A DNA stretch of 63,787 bases, the filler included, from Octopus bimaculoides (taxonomy: Eukaryota): the NCBI RefSeq assembly GCF_001194135.2. It is 8 parts of 8 records of this genome, joined end to end, with 100 filler letters (N's around TTAATTAATTAA, not from the genome) between each part and the next. Parts side by side here need not be neighbours in the genome. Positions count along the whole stretch, not along the records: positions 32,349 to 45,994 come from NC_068989.1; positions 46,095 to 49,226 come from NC_068982.1; positions 49,327 to 57,907 come from NC_068983.1; 5 more parts are not named here. One strand, 5' to 3'. Positions within the stretch are counted from its first letter, which is position 1. Every line of letters starts with the position of its first letter. Both the position numbers and the translations under genes were made by a program. The notes below the pieces were generated by a model. It saw nothing but the letters and a program-made list of their open reading frames with translations, did no database searches and was not told the DNA's origin. Positions 36,973-49,716 of this stretch are shown here, piece by piece.

Positions 36973-37686
36973 GGGGCTAGGCATGGCTGTGTGTGAAATA
37001 GCTTGCTTACCAACCACATGGTTCCGGGTTCAGTCCCACTGTCTGGCAACTTGAGCAGGTGTCTTCCAGTGTAGCCACCGGCCGACCAGATCCCTTCCAG
37101 TGGATTTGATAGACGTATATATGTATATATTCTTTTGTTTGTCATTTGACTGCGGCCATGCTGGAGCACCGCCTTTAGTCGAACAAATTGACCCCAGGAC
37201 TTATTCTTTGTAAGCCTAGTACTTATTCTATCAGTTTCTTTTGCTGAACTGCTTTGTTAAGGGGACGTAAACACACTAACATCGGTTGTCAAGCGATGGT
37301 GGTGGGAGACAAACACAGACACACAAACATATACATACACACACATACATATATATACGACGGGCTTCCGTCTACTAAATCCCCTCAAGGCTTTGGTCGG
37401 CCCGAGGCTATAGTGGAAAACGCTTGCCCAAATGCCACGCAGTGGGACTGAACCTGGAACCATGTGGTTAGTAAGCAAGCTACTTACCGCTTAACCATTC
37501 CTGCGCCTATATATATACACCAGTATTTGTGTATTTACATCCCAGTAACTTAGCGCTTCGCAATAGGCACCGATAGAATAAGAACCAGGCTTTAAAAATG
37601 TACTGGGCTCGAGTCATTTGACGAAAAATTCTTCAAGGTGGGGCCCCAGCATGGCCGCAGTCTAATGACTGAAAAGAGTGAAAAGA
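36973..37686 (+). mobile_element. Older SINE-A (head 36973-37115, tail 37518-37686) split by a nested antisense SINE-A
   Basis: The head GGCATGGCTGTGTG..TTACCAACCACATGGTTCCGGGTTCAGTCCCAC and the tail GGGCCCCAGCATGGCCGCAGTCTAATGACTGAAA flank the insert. Confidence 0.8.
37131..37507 (-). mobile_element. SINE-A, full length, nested
   Basis: Complete reverse complement of the 7714-8090 structure, ending ...CCATTCCTGCGCC. Confidence 0.9.
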
Positions 37687-37767
37687 TGTATAGGATGAAA
37701 AGTTTCCATGCTTATATGTGGGTCTGCGTATTATGGGCTCCTCTCTCTCTCTCTTGCTCTCGCTCAC

Positions 37768-37830
<63 letters not shown>

Positions 37831-37845
37831 GTCTATCTATCTATC
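37768..37845. repeat. (TCTA)n microsatellite
   Basis: Direct reading. Confidence 0.95.
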
Positions 37846-39943
37846 TGTCTGTCTGTCTCTTCCCCACTCTCTCTCTCTCTCCTTCTCTTTGTGAATGTAT
37901 GAACCTGTATGTATGTGTATGTTTGGTCAAATATGAATCTTTGAAAATATGTATGAAACTCAGCGATTGTGTGTGTGTGGGGGGGGGAGAGCACTTGTGT
38001 GTGTGTGTGTGTGTGTGTGTGTGACTGCGGTTTTTAATGTAGTCCTAAACAATAGCTGTGTGTAAGCGAGTGAATGTTTACATGAATGTGCGTGTGTATT
38101 GGTATACGTGTGTGTCTGTGTGTGCATGCACGTATGTGTGTGTGTGTGTGTGTGTATTCGTGTGTGAGCTTCAACGCTGTTTTTTCACACNNNNNNNNNN
38201 TGTGTGTGTATTCGTGTGTGAGCTTCAACGCTGTTTTTTCACACACACACACACACACGGCACTGTTTTATCTGTGAGCTTATCTGTGCGTGAGTGCTTC
38301 TCTTCCTTTCAGTGTGCAAACTGGGTGTGCGACTGTCTTTTAAATCGTTATTGCGTGTGTATGAGCATGTGTGTGTGTGTATGTGTTTGTGTGTGTGTGT
38401 TTGTGTGTCTGTGTGTGTGTGTGTGTCTGTGTGTGTGTGTGTGTGCCTTTGTGCGCGTCTTTCTCTACATGCATGTAATGTTTATATCGCTTAAGTTTCA
38501 TGTTTTTCTCAATTCGGTGATGAGTTCCCAACTTAATGTGACAGTCCCATGAAGGGAATAATACTACTGCTNNNNNNNNNNNNNNNNNNNNNNNNNNNNN
38601 NNNNNNNNNNNNNNNNNNNNNNNNNNNNNNNNNNNNNNNNNNNNNNNNNNNNNNNNNNNNNNNNNNNNNNNNNNNNNNNNNNNNNNNNNNNNNNNNNNNN
38701 NNNNNNNNNNNNNNNNNNNNNNNNNNNNNNNNNNNNNNNNNNNNNNNNNNNNNNNNNNNNNNNNNNNNNNNNNNNNNNNNNNNNNNNNNNNNNNNNNNNN
38801 NNNNNNNNNNNNNNNNNNNNNNNNNNNNNNNNNNNNNNNNNNNNNNNNNNNNNNNNNNNNNNNNNNNNNNNNNNNNNNNNNNNNNNNNNNNNNNNNNNNN
38901 NNNNNNNNNNNNNNNNNNNNNNNNNNNNNNNNNNNNNNNNNNNNNNNNNNNNNNNNNNNNNNNNNNNNNNNNNNNNNNNNNNNNNNNNNNNNNNNNNNNN
39001 NNNNNNNNNNNNNNNNNNNNNNNNNNNNNNNNNNNNNNNNNNNNNNNNNNNNNNNNNNNNNNNNNNNNNNNNNNNNNNNNNNNNNNNNNNNNNNNNNNNN
39101 NNNNNNNNNNNNNNNNNNNNNNNNNNNNNNNNNNNNNNNNNNNNNNNNNNNNNNNNNNNNNNNNNNNNNNNNNNNNNNNNNNNNNNNNNNNNNNNNNNNN
39201 NNNNNNNNNNNNNNNNNNNNNNNNNNNNNNNNNNNNNNNNNNNNNNNNNNNNNNNNNNNNNNNNNNNNNNNNNNNNNNNNNNNNNNNNNNNNNNNNNNNN
39301 NNNNNNNNNNNNNNNNNNNNNNNNNNNNNNNNNNNNNNNNNNNNNNNNNNNNNNNNNNNNNNNNNNNNNNNNNNNNNNNNNNNNNNNNNNNNNNNNNNNN
39401 NNNNNNNNNNNNNNNNNNNNNNNNNNNNNNNNNNNNNNNNNNNNNNNNNNTGTTGAATAACGAAGGGGGTTAGTGGCCTTACTGAACAGAGCCCTACTTA
39501 CAGTGAGAGCCAATCAAAGCACACACAAATTTATGGCCTTCCTCATCCCCTCCTCCTCCACCTTCTCCTCCCTTTTCTCCATGTGATATCGCAAGATACA
39601 CAACCGTTTCAGAGTAAACTGGGAGCTTACATACTTGATGCTACACTCTCCCGTCCCCTTGCTCTGTGCCCCCCCCCCTATGGATGAGGCTACTTTACAT
39701 ATGCCACCAGCTTTGGTACACTTGTTCATGATTTCGCACACACACACACACACACATACAAATAAATACGTGCACAAGAACTGGGGTACGTTTGGTTCGT
39801 ATGTTGCCCCAGCATGGCCGCAAGTCACTGACCGAACAAGTAAAAGAATGAAAGATAAATGAAATATGTATTTCTATTATGAATGCGTGTGTACTTATAT
39901 ATGTATGTGTGCGTGTGTATCTGTACAGACATGTGTGTGTGTG

Positions 39944-40074
39944 TAGATAGATAGAGAGAGAGATAGAGAGAGAGATAGAGAGATAGATAGATAGATGGAT
40001 GGATAGATAGATAGAGAGATAGATAGATAGATAGAGAGATAGATAGATAGATAGAAAGATAGATAGATAGATAG
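39944..40074. repeat. (TAGA)n/(GA)n microsatellite
   Basis: Direct reading. Confidence 0.95.
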
Positions 40075-40349
40075 GTTTGTGTGGTAAAGGGAGACAGAGA
40101 CGTGATCTATCTATCTTTCTAACTATATGTATCTATCTTTATTCCGAAAAGATCAAAAAAGAAAAAAAAAACAGAAAATGTTGGATATCATATTCCTCAA
40201 AATGGTTTTCCTTCTTTCTTCATTTCCTTCTTTCTTTCTGTCTCTTCTTCTTTTGTTTTTATTCAGGCTTTTCTTCCTAAAGCTAATAAGGGTGGGTTTC
40301 TCACGAAAACGTTTGGCTGTTCCTTTATTTCTAGCGAGTCAATGAATCT

Positions 40350-40647
40350 CATAGAGTGGAGGGCTGACCTCATTCAGTGTTGACCAGAGCTACGTAGCCC
40401 CAAAATTACAGTTGATCTTTCCTGAGGGGCTCACTTTATGTAGATACAGTGTGAAATGAATTGAACGCATGCCTATGACCCTTGGGTGTGTTAAAAGATC
40501 AGGGAGCAACAACGGATAGCGTCATCTGCGTAGCTCTACGCATTGTTGGAAGGGATAGCAAACAAGTAACTGAAGGACTCAGTGCAGGAAGAATGTGGAG
40601 AACAAAACCGAACCTTGGACGGCTTGCATCTCAGTGTGAATGGGATG

Positions 40648-40711
<64 letters not shown>

Positions 40712-41110
40712 GAGCTTCCTAAACGTACTCCTTATCTGTGTCACCAATCTCAATGACGACAAACAGATGGAGCTCAGAGCTGGGCAGATTTCATAGGAAA
40801 TGCTCGTGACGGATACGGTCTGCTGAAATCCAGAGCAACAAAACAGCTCTCACCGAGTACCCTGAGGGTGAAGGTCCAATGATGAATGACATAAATGCAT
40901 AGGTCTTGGGTATATTTGACTTTTCGAAAGCTGGATTGTTGAAGAAAGACAAAGAATCAAGGTATCAGAGAAAGGTGATGTTAATAGGTGCCCCATCAAC
41001 CTTACGGCTTTGGAATTGCGTGTGATAGGATGGAAGTTGGCTGAGCCAGAGGACATGATTTTCTTGAGAATGGAACATACTGTAGAGTGTTTGCCAAGAA
41101 CAGGAGATGT
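40350..41110 (-). mobile_element. CR1-type LINE reverse-transcriptase fragment, decayed
   Basis: Minus strand: KHSTVCSILKK..SANFHPIT; SFRKVKYTQDLCIYVIHHWTFTLRVLGESCFVALDFSR (cf. GFRK.RST.D, ALDISKAFD); QGSVL (40603-40617); YADD (40521-40532). Interrupted by (GA)n/(GACA)n. Confidence 0.85.
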
Positions 41111-41849
41111 ACAAAGTCAGAGAGAGAGAGAGAGAGGTAGATAGAGAGAGAGGGAGAGAGAGAGAGAGAGAGAGAGACAAAGAAAGAAAAAGATGTGGGT
41201 ACTGAGGATTTTGGTGTATAGGGGCTAGCTAGCTATGGGACGCGATATTTTTTAGAGTAATATGGGAAGCTGGANNNNNNNNNNNNNNNNNNNNNNNNNN
41301 NNNNNNNNNNNNNNNNNNNNNNNNNNNNNNNNNNNNNNNNNNNNNNNNNNNNNNNNNNNNNNNNNNNNNNNNNNNNNNNNNNNNNNNNNNNNNNNNNNNN
41401 NNNNNNNNNNNNNNNNNNNNNNNNNNNNNNNNNNNNNNNNNNNNNNNNNNNNNNNNNNNNNNNNNNNNNNNNNNNNNNNNNNNNNNNNNNNNNNNNNNNN
41501 NNNNNNNNNNNNNNNNNNNNNNNNNNNNNNNNNNNNNNNNNNNNNNNNNNNNNNNNNNNNNNNNNNNNNNNNNNNNNNNNNNNNNNNNNNNNNNNNNNNN
41601 NNNNNNNNNNNNNNNNNNNNNNNNNNNNNNNNNNNNNNNNNNNNNNNNNNNNNNNNNNNNNNNNNNNNNNNNNNNNNNNNNNNNNNNNNNNNNNNNNNNN
41701 NNNNNNNNNNNNNNNNNNNNNNNNNNNNNNNNNNNNNNNNNNNNNNNNNNNNNNNNNNNNNNNNNNNNNNNNNNNNNNNNNNNNNNNNNNNNNNNNNNNN
41801 NNNNNNNNNNNNNNNNNNNNNNNNNNNTATATATATACATATATAATGT

Positions 41850-42027
41850 GTGTGTGTGTTTGTGTGTCTGTGTTTATTCTCCCACTATCGCTTGACAACC
41901 GATGCTGGTATATCTACCTCCCCGTAACTTAGCGGTTCGGCAAAAGAAACCGATAGCATAAGTACTAGGCTTACAAAGAATAAGTCCTGGGGTCGGTTTG
42001 ACTGAAACAAATAAAAGAATAAAAGAA
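41850..42027 (+). mobile_element. SINE-A 3' half
   Basis: ATCGCTTGACAACCGATGCTGG...CTTAGCGGTTCGGCAAAAG...TAAGTACTAGGCTTACAAAGAATAAGTCCTGGGGTCG. Confidence 0.85.
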
Positions 42028-42099
42028 TATAACATTAGTTTTTAAAGATTGAATGGCTATGGAGGTCCCCTAGAATAAAACAGTAACCGTAAGAATTCA

Positions 42100-43000
42100 T
42101 AAATCGAAAATGGTTGAGAAATACTGACCCCAGTGTGTGCGTGCAACGGGTTGGATGCACAAGCGAGCAGCGAATATGAAGGCTTTCTTCACGAGAATGT
42201 CGGATGTATAGAAGCATCTTTCGTCGCCTGGATAGCAGTTTTGCAAGAGTTACAGTGCTGGTGAATTTCAGCAAGCGTTGTAAACCATTGTACTTTTTTT
42301 TTTCTTGCTTGAATTCGTGGAGCTCAGTTATGAGTGAAGCTCTTGGGGGACTTGGCGGAGAGCGTTTTGATTGGGAAACATGTCTAAGACGATGGTTTCG
42401 GTCACCCAGCAAGTTGTTTCTGATTAACCAGAAGGAAGGCACATATGCAGCCAGAGATAACAAACAAGCTAGAGAAACTCCAACCTTTTAGCTGACCGGA
42501 GAGTGTTGTAGGACATGGAAAGTAGGAATCCTAAATAGTATGTGGATGAGGTAGGTAGCGGGCGTTCAGATAGTCCATGGACGCCTTAAAAAGTGAGGAT
42601 GCGGTTATGATCTTTCTCTGTTATAGTCTGATAACGGAGAAATAAGCCAATGGGGTTTAGCCTGTCCGTGTGTGGGTCTGGGGATGAAGCAATTCGACTT
42701 TAAATGTTATGCTTTACACCAGTGGTTTGCATGGTATGTTTGTGAGAGCCAACAAGTGTTGTAAGCAACGAGACATTGAGGATGATGGCTTCGGACAGGA
42801 AGGAAATAAGATAGATGTCCTTGATGCTGGAAGAGATTATGATCTTGTTGTCGGTTAGAGGAGATAGAAGAACGGCAGAAGAAGCAGATGGATTTGAAAG
42901 AGTTGGGGGAGGAAGGTTTTCAGTCAGAGTAAGTGAAAGATTTCGTAGCTGAGAGAGGTGGGTAGCGGGGAGAATGGAATCTAGGCATGCGCAGACGACT
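42100..43000 (-). mobile_element. Probable endonuclease/linker part of the same CR1-type LINE
   Basis: PIKTLSAKSPKSFTHN*APRIQAR and HCNSCKTAIQATKDASIH resemble the CR1 EN-RT linker (WF...C..AI.AR...RN.CK..I..AK). There are weak EN-like GLFL and DH motifs upstream. Same strand and correct order relative to 40350-41110. Confidence 0.5.
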
Positions 43001-43544
43001 TTCTTGCAATGGTGCTTCAGTAAAGAGTGTTATCTGGACAGAAGAGATGTATTATAGATAAGATTGGTGTGTGATAGACTGTGCGTGTGTATTATAAATT
43101 TGCTGACTGTAATTTCGAAGTTTCGCCAGTGGTGCTTAATACAAACTGAATAAACTACCATTAGTGAAACTTCGAAATCACCTGAGATTCTACAAATGTA
43201 TTGAATTATTCATTCTGTTAATGTCCCATGTTTTATGCATTTAAAAACATTTAACGCTGGATACACTCACGCACACTCATATCTATATCTTTTATTCTGT
43301 TTTTGGTTTGCAAGCTTCTTGATGTGAATATGTGTGCTGAAACAAATCTTGTGACTTGAAAGGGTCATTACGCCAATAGTAGTAACACACACACACACTA
43401 GTTTAGTATCACTTCTTTACTGTTAGTCTATTGGTTAATTACTTAACCAATTGACTAACAATGAAGAAGTAATATTGAACCAGTGCGTGTTATAAATATT
43501 GGCATAATGACCCTTCCAAGAAACAACTCGATATTTTTTATCTT

Positions 43545-43765
43545 CTATCTTTTACTTGCTTAAGGCATTGGACTGCGGCTATACTGGGGCACTTCCTTGA
43601 AGGGATTCACTGGAACAAATCGAACTCATTCTTTTTATTTTAAAGTTTGGTACTTATTCTACTGGTTTTTGTTGGCGAACCGCTCAGTTACGAGTACGTA
43701 AATAAACAAACTCTAGTTGGCATGCGGTGGCAGGGAGATAATGAACATAGACACAAAGACAAACA
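43545..43765 (-). mobile_element. SINE-A-related 3' half, degenerate
   Basis: CATTGGACTGCGGCTATACTGGGGCAC...GGTACTTATTCT...GCGAACCGCTCAGTTACG. Confidence 0.7.
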
Positions 43766-44307
43766 TACCCATACATACATACATACATACATACATACAT
43801 ACATACATACATACGTACATACATACATACATACATGCATACATACATAACGTAGCTTAGCACTGAGTCAAAGTTGTGAGGGAGCCAAAAGGGTGTCTAT
43901 AGTTATTCGTGTCTATATATACACATTAAAGCAATTTACAAAATCCTTTGTACTAACCATGGGGTCACACTCCCTTGCGAGTGACGGCTACGTTTTCATA
44001 TGCACCCTCTCACACATATTCGTGTGTGTGAGAGAGAGGGGGAGAGAAAGAGATGTGAATAAATACACACTCACACACAGACTTATACACATATTCATAT
44101 ATTTATACTCAGCCCAAACCACATTCCTACATATATACACCCACACGCATAGCTTCTTCTTCCCCATGTTATAGAGAGACCGCATACGAAGCATATCAGT
44201 GAGTAATGCTTTCTTTAATGCTGTTCTCTCACCCGTGACGGCAATATTATATTTGCCAAAATATCTACGCAAGGATATATATACTAAGAACAACAGTAAT
44301 AGCAAAG

Positions 44308-44367
<60 letters not shown>

Positions 44368-44371
<4 letters not shown>

Positions 44372-44623
44372 CAATTCCTATCATAGTAGGTGCCTTAGGT
44401 ATAATAAAAAAATATTCAGACAAATACATAACAAAAATAGCAGGTCTTACAAATATATATAACATACAGAAAATTGCACTACTGGGTACTGCACACATTC
44501 TACGCAAAACACTTTCAATACAGTAACCATAAGAGCACCACAGCAAACCACAGCACATACCCAAGGCGCACAGAGCTGCGCTCGGTAGTGAAGTGAAAGC
44601 ACGTTATAAAAATAAAACTACTG
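44368..44623 (+). mobile_element. R4/Dong-type (RLE) LINE, extreme 3' end, embedded in (AAT)n
   Basis: Uninterrupted frame KTIPIIVGALGIIKKYSDKYITKIAGLTNIYNIQKIALLGTAHILRKTLSIQ* (stop 44524-44526), the typical R4-clade C-terminus (PIV.GALG, QK..LLGTA.ILR). (AAT)n lies on both sides. Confidence 0.85.
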
Positions 44624-44754
44624 AATAATAATAATAATAATAATAATGATGATGATGATGATGAATATACATTATGATAACTTACATATATTATACATAT
44701 ATGTATAAATGTGTATGTGTGTTTGTATATATCTATATTTCTCCCCTCCCTCTC

Positions 44755-44895
<141 letters not shown>

Positions 44896-46111
44896 TTCGT
44901 ACATCTCTGTGTCATTGCATGCAGTCACCGACCATACATTAAGTACCTAACACAGTATCGGGAATATTGTGTGTTACGTTTATTTTTACCTTTCTGTTGG
45001 ACCACTTACCTTAACATATACGCACACACACACACACACACGAGCGCGCGCACACACACGCACGCATGCATACCCAGGCACACACATACGCACATACAAA
45101 CACATAATTAGAAGAGTGAAACAGCAAAAATTTCTCACATGGTTCATTATTTCATTCTAAACTCTACAGCTGTTTCAACAGTAAAATCCTCATTCATATC
45201 ATTTAATATATAAAAAAGTGCATATTCAATTTTTCCCATCTCTCTCTCTCTCTCTCTCTCTCCCTCTTTATCTCTGTCTCTCTATATGTGTTTATATATA
45301 CACACACACAAACATATAAATATCTACATATTTATGTACATATGTACACACATACACTCACACACACACGCGCGCACGCATGCGCACATGACGATACGCT
45401 TGCGTTTATAAATTTGGGAAGAATAAACCCATGACTAATAAAACACAACAGTAAAAAGTAAATTGTCGGTGCGAGTTCAAATCCCACAGGACTCTTGTTT
45501 TGCTTTATGTATTTTCTTTGTCATATAAGTCTTTCCGAATTTCCATTATATCTATGTATATATACATACATATGTGTTTATATATATATGTGGATATAAA
45601 CATTTATATCTAAAAATGTATACACACACGCACATACATACATCTATGTACATATACACACAAGCATACACGCACATATATACACACATAAATTATGTGG
45701 CACAGCTTTCGTTTTCGAATATATATCATGTTTGATGTTGGAATATATTGCGTATCGTTTTATGTGTGAATGTATATATGCGTGTGTGTGTATGTGTGTG
45801 TGTGTGTACCTTCTTACACACACACATACATATATATTCACACACAAAAATATCCAACAAATGTGCCTGGTTTTCGAATATAAATCTTGTTTAATATTGG
45901 CTGTAAATATATGAGCGTTGATGTATATACGTTTATGTGTGTGTGTGTGTGTGTGTTTGTGTGTATGTGTGTGTGTGTGTGTTTGTGTGTATGTNNNNNN
46001 NNNNNNNNNNNNNNNNNNNNNNNNNNNNNNNNNNNNNNTTAATTAATTAANNNNNNNNNNNNNNNNNNNNNNNNNNNNNNNNNNNNNNNNNNNNTATATA
46101 CATATATATAT

Positions 46112-46471
46112 TTCGGGATGGTCATTTTTTTTTGACAAATAAACACGTGTTTATATAATAATAAACGTTCACTCGTTTATTATTATTTTTATTTTAGCTT
46201 ATGTCCATTGTCTGGAGATTTTTCGTCACACATTTGCAACCTTTTCCATCCACTTGTATTCTCTTTTTTAGCCTAGTCCATTTTGTCCATTTTGAACTAG
46301 GCGGAGCAGGCTGATACACGAGGAAGGAAAGGGTCACTTAAGCGGTCACAGATGTGTGACGAAAGATTTCCAGACAATGGACATAAGATAAAATAACAGC
46401 AATAATAAACGAGTAAAGAACGAATATGCAGTGCGTGTGTTTATTTGGCAAGAAAAAATGACCGTCCCGAA
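46112..46471. mobile_element. MITE/fold-back element with ~130-bp imperfect TIRs
   Basis: 46112-46241 is the reverse complement of 46344-46471 (TTCGGGA(T/C)GGTCATTTTTT...CAAATAAACAC...CTCGTTTATTATT...CTTATGTCCATTGTCTGGA.AT.TTTCGTCACACAT.TG..ACC). Confidence 0.8.
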
Positions 46472-46535
46472 CTACAACTATACCTGTTTTAACAAATGAT
46501 TTCACATCAGGAATCTTGGAAAATAAATTCTTAAG

Positions 46536-46587
<52 letters not shown>

Positions 46588-46589
46588 TA

Positions 46590-47440
46590 TATTGGGTCAT
46601 TCTATAAATAATGTGTTCTTTTTCAATTGCATGAAGTATAAGTCGGAAGGAGACAGAATGAACTACCTGCATCAACTTGCTATAAAAGCAGGTAGTAGTT
46701 TTGCCTTGACCTTATTCTTAGTGCAAGTTTTGAAGAGTGCAGTTCGATTTTAACAGTTATTTTTTCAATGCTATAACGGAAATGACAAAGGAGCATTTTC
46801 GGCATATTTTGCTTTATGAGTTCAATAAAGGCAACAACGCAACGGAAAGTGCGAGGAATATTAATGCAGTATATGAGGATCGGACAATAAGCGTCAGCCA
46901 GTGTCAACGGTGATTCCAGAAATTCCGAGCCGGAAACTACAGCCTGGAACACGAGCCTCGTCCTGAAAGATTTGTAGAGCTCGACGAGGACGTCCAACAA
47001 ACCTTAGTGGAACAAAATCCCATCGTAACTGTTGAGGAACTAGTAGAGAAGCTTGGATTTGGTCATTCAACCATTCATCGACATCTGCGCGAGAGGAAAA
47101 ACGACCATCTTTGGTTTCAAGACGAAAGGTGTTCTTCTATCCGGATAATACTCGGCCACATACAGCGAAGATGACATTCCAAAGGCTGGAGCAGTTTGAA
47201 TGGGAAACGATACCCCTTTCACCATATTCGCCGGACATTGCTCCATCTGATTATCATTAATTCCGCAGTCTTAAAATCATTTGGACGGAGAAAATATGAA
47301 TTCTGTAGACGAGGTCAGAACAGTACTGGAGGAGTATTTTACGGCACGGATAAGTGAATTTTGGAAGAGGGGCCTTGCAAATCTAGCAGATAGATAGAAG
47401 AGCATTGTAGAAAACGAAGGAGAGTATATTTTAGATTTAA
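46590..47440 (+). mobile_element. Mariner (DD34D-type) transposon with an internally deleted transposase pseudogene (46776-47440)
   Basis: EMTKEHFRHILLYEFNKGNNATESARNINAVY...QR*FQKFRAGNYSLEHEPRP...GHSTIHRHLR, then a jump to DNTRPH...YSPDIAPSDYH*FRSL...VENEGEYILD. The WVPHEL/first-Asp region is missing. A left TIR-like TA-TTGGGTCATTCTATAAATAATG is present; no right TIR is seen. Confidence 0.9.
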
Positions 47441-47474
47441 AAGGAAGTTTTTAACTGTTTACGTCTGTCTAAAG

Positions 47475-47638
47475 CACTGCTCCGCAACCAGTGTGCCGCA
47501 GCACACTGGTGTACCATGAGACGATGGTAGGTGTGCCGCAGTGTAACCTGAATATAATTTTCTTCTCGATACTCTTAGTTATATTTTTACTTCAGGTGTG
47601 CCACCGAATTTGTTTTTCAAAAAGGTTAAGGAGCACTG
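47475..47638. mobile_element. hAT (Charlie-like) MITE, 164 bp
   Basis: 15-bp TIRs CACTGCTCCGCAACC / GGTTAAGGAGCACTG; 8-bp flanks GTCTAAAG / GTCTATAT (6/8 identical, NTCTANAN-type target). Confidence 0.75.
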
Positions 47639-48164
47639 GTCTATATATACAGTATTGGCTAAAATCTATAGATATATTCTGGTGTACAGTATAGTATATT
47701 CGTATATGTTTGTATATGCATACAACTATGAGTGTGAATGTGCGCGTGTATGTGTGAAAGCGTTTGCAAATGTGTATGGGTGTGTGTCGGGATGGTATGG
47801 GGTTATGTGTGTCTGTAAATGTAATTGTGTGAAACTGTGCGCGCGCATGCATCTTTTTGTAGGCATCTCTTTATCTCTTTTAATTTGGTTTGTTTTGGAG
47901 TGGGGGTGGTGTAAACAGCTGTTTGTGTATCTGTTTATCTGTCACTTTAACTGTATATTTATGTGTGTGATTATGTACACTAGCCGTGTTTCTGTAGGTT
48001 TGTGTGTGTATGCATGCATCTCTATATACGTGGGTGCGCATCAGTATGTGTGTTCTGTTTAGGTTTGTTTAGATGAAATTCTGTACACAGCTGTCGAAGT
48101 TTCAATCGTTGCACATGTTTCCACATCACTCCCTGCTCCTGGTACGATATCCAGTTTTATAGAG

Positions 48165-48695
48165 TGACGTGGTGGTGGTGGTGGTGGTGGTGGTGGGGTG
48201 GCGATGGCGGCGATAGAGTTGATGGTAGCAATAGTGGGCTGTAATGGAGAGGTATAGCGACTATTGTGATGATGGTTGATGTGTTAGTGGTGGGTGTGGT
48301 GGTGGTGGTGGTAGTGGTGGTGGTGGTGGTGGTGGCGAAGTCGGCGGCTGCGATTGACTTGGTTTTCGGATGATTCTGATGACGATAATGCTCATGTTGA
48401 TGCTGATGCTGTTGCTGATGGTGATGATGTTGGGGGTTGATTGCTGCAAGGGTAAAAGGGGACGGAGTTAGGAAAGAACCGAAGAAGTAAAATTCAGTGG
48501 CAAGAGAGAAAGAAAGAGTGAGAGAGAGGGAAAGAGAAGAAATGAGTAAAAAGATGATGATGATGATGATGATGATGATGGTGGTGGTGATGGTGGTGAT
48601 GGTGGAGGTGGCGACAAAAGCGTCGGCGGCGATGGTGTTAGAGGTAATAAGGTAGACTGGAAATCTAGAAGATGGTAGGCAAAACGTAGTAGTAA

Positions 48696-48749
<54 letters not shown>

Positions 48750-48948
48750 NNNNNNNNNNNNNNNNNNNNNNNNNNNNNNNNNNNNNNNNNNNNNNNNNNN
48801 NNNNNNNNNNNNNNNNNNNNNNNNNNNNNNNNNNNNNNNNNNNNNNNNNNNNNNNNNNNNNNNNNNNNNNNNNNNNNNNNNNNNNNNNNNNNNNNNNNNG
48901 TGGTGGTGGTGGTGGTGGTGGTGGTAGTATTATTATTATTATTATTAT

Positions 48949-48995
<47 letters not shown>
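48165..48995. repeat. Compound (GGT)n/(GAT)n/(AGT)n/(ATT)n tracts
   Basis: Direct reading. Confidence 0.9.
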
Positions 48996-49168
48996 AGAGG
49001 ATTAGGAAGAGGATGGGCGATGAGGAGGGAGGAGGACGAGATGAAAGAAGAAAAAGAAGAAATGGGATGGAAGAACATAAGAAGAAATCGAAGACAAGAA
49101 TGAAAAATATTATAAAAGAGGTGTGTATGTATGTGTTTGTGTGCGTGCGTGTGAGTGCGAATGCGAGT

Positions 49169-49226
<58 letters not shown>

Positions 49227-49326
49227 NNNNNNNNNNNNNNNNNNNNNNNNNNNNNNNNNNNNNNNNNNNNTTAATTAATTAANNNNNNNNNNNNNNNNNN
49301 NNNNNNNNNNNNNNNNNNNNNNNNNN

Positions 49327-49382
<56 letters not shown>

Positions 49383-49435
49383 TATACCAATGTATTGATT
49401 TCTATTTTCCTGTTTGTTTTACAAAACCTATTTAT

Positions 49436-49476
<41 letters not shown>

Positions 49477-49677
49477 CAGACAGACATACATACATACAAA
49501 CATACATACACACATACATATATACATACACACATACATACAAATATGAATGCATATATACATACATACATGCAAACATACACACACACACAAGTATGAA
49601 AATATGATTGGGTGTGTGTCTATGTATGCATACAAGCATGGTAATGCAGAGAGAAAAAAACACTAAATATGGTTGTG

Positions 49678-49716
<39 letters not shown>

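Noticed and set aside
38147-38244. Exact ~44-bp direct repeat either side of a 10-N gap
   Set aside because: This is the typical signature of an unmerged contig overlap, i.e. an assembly artefact.
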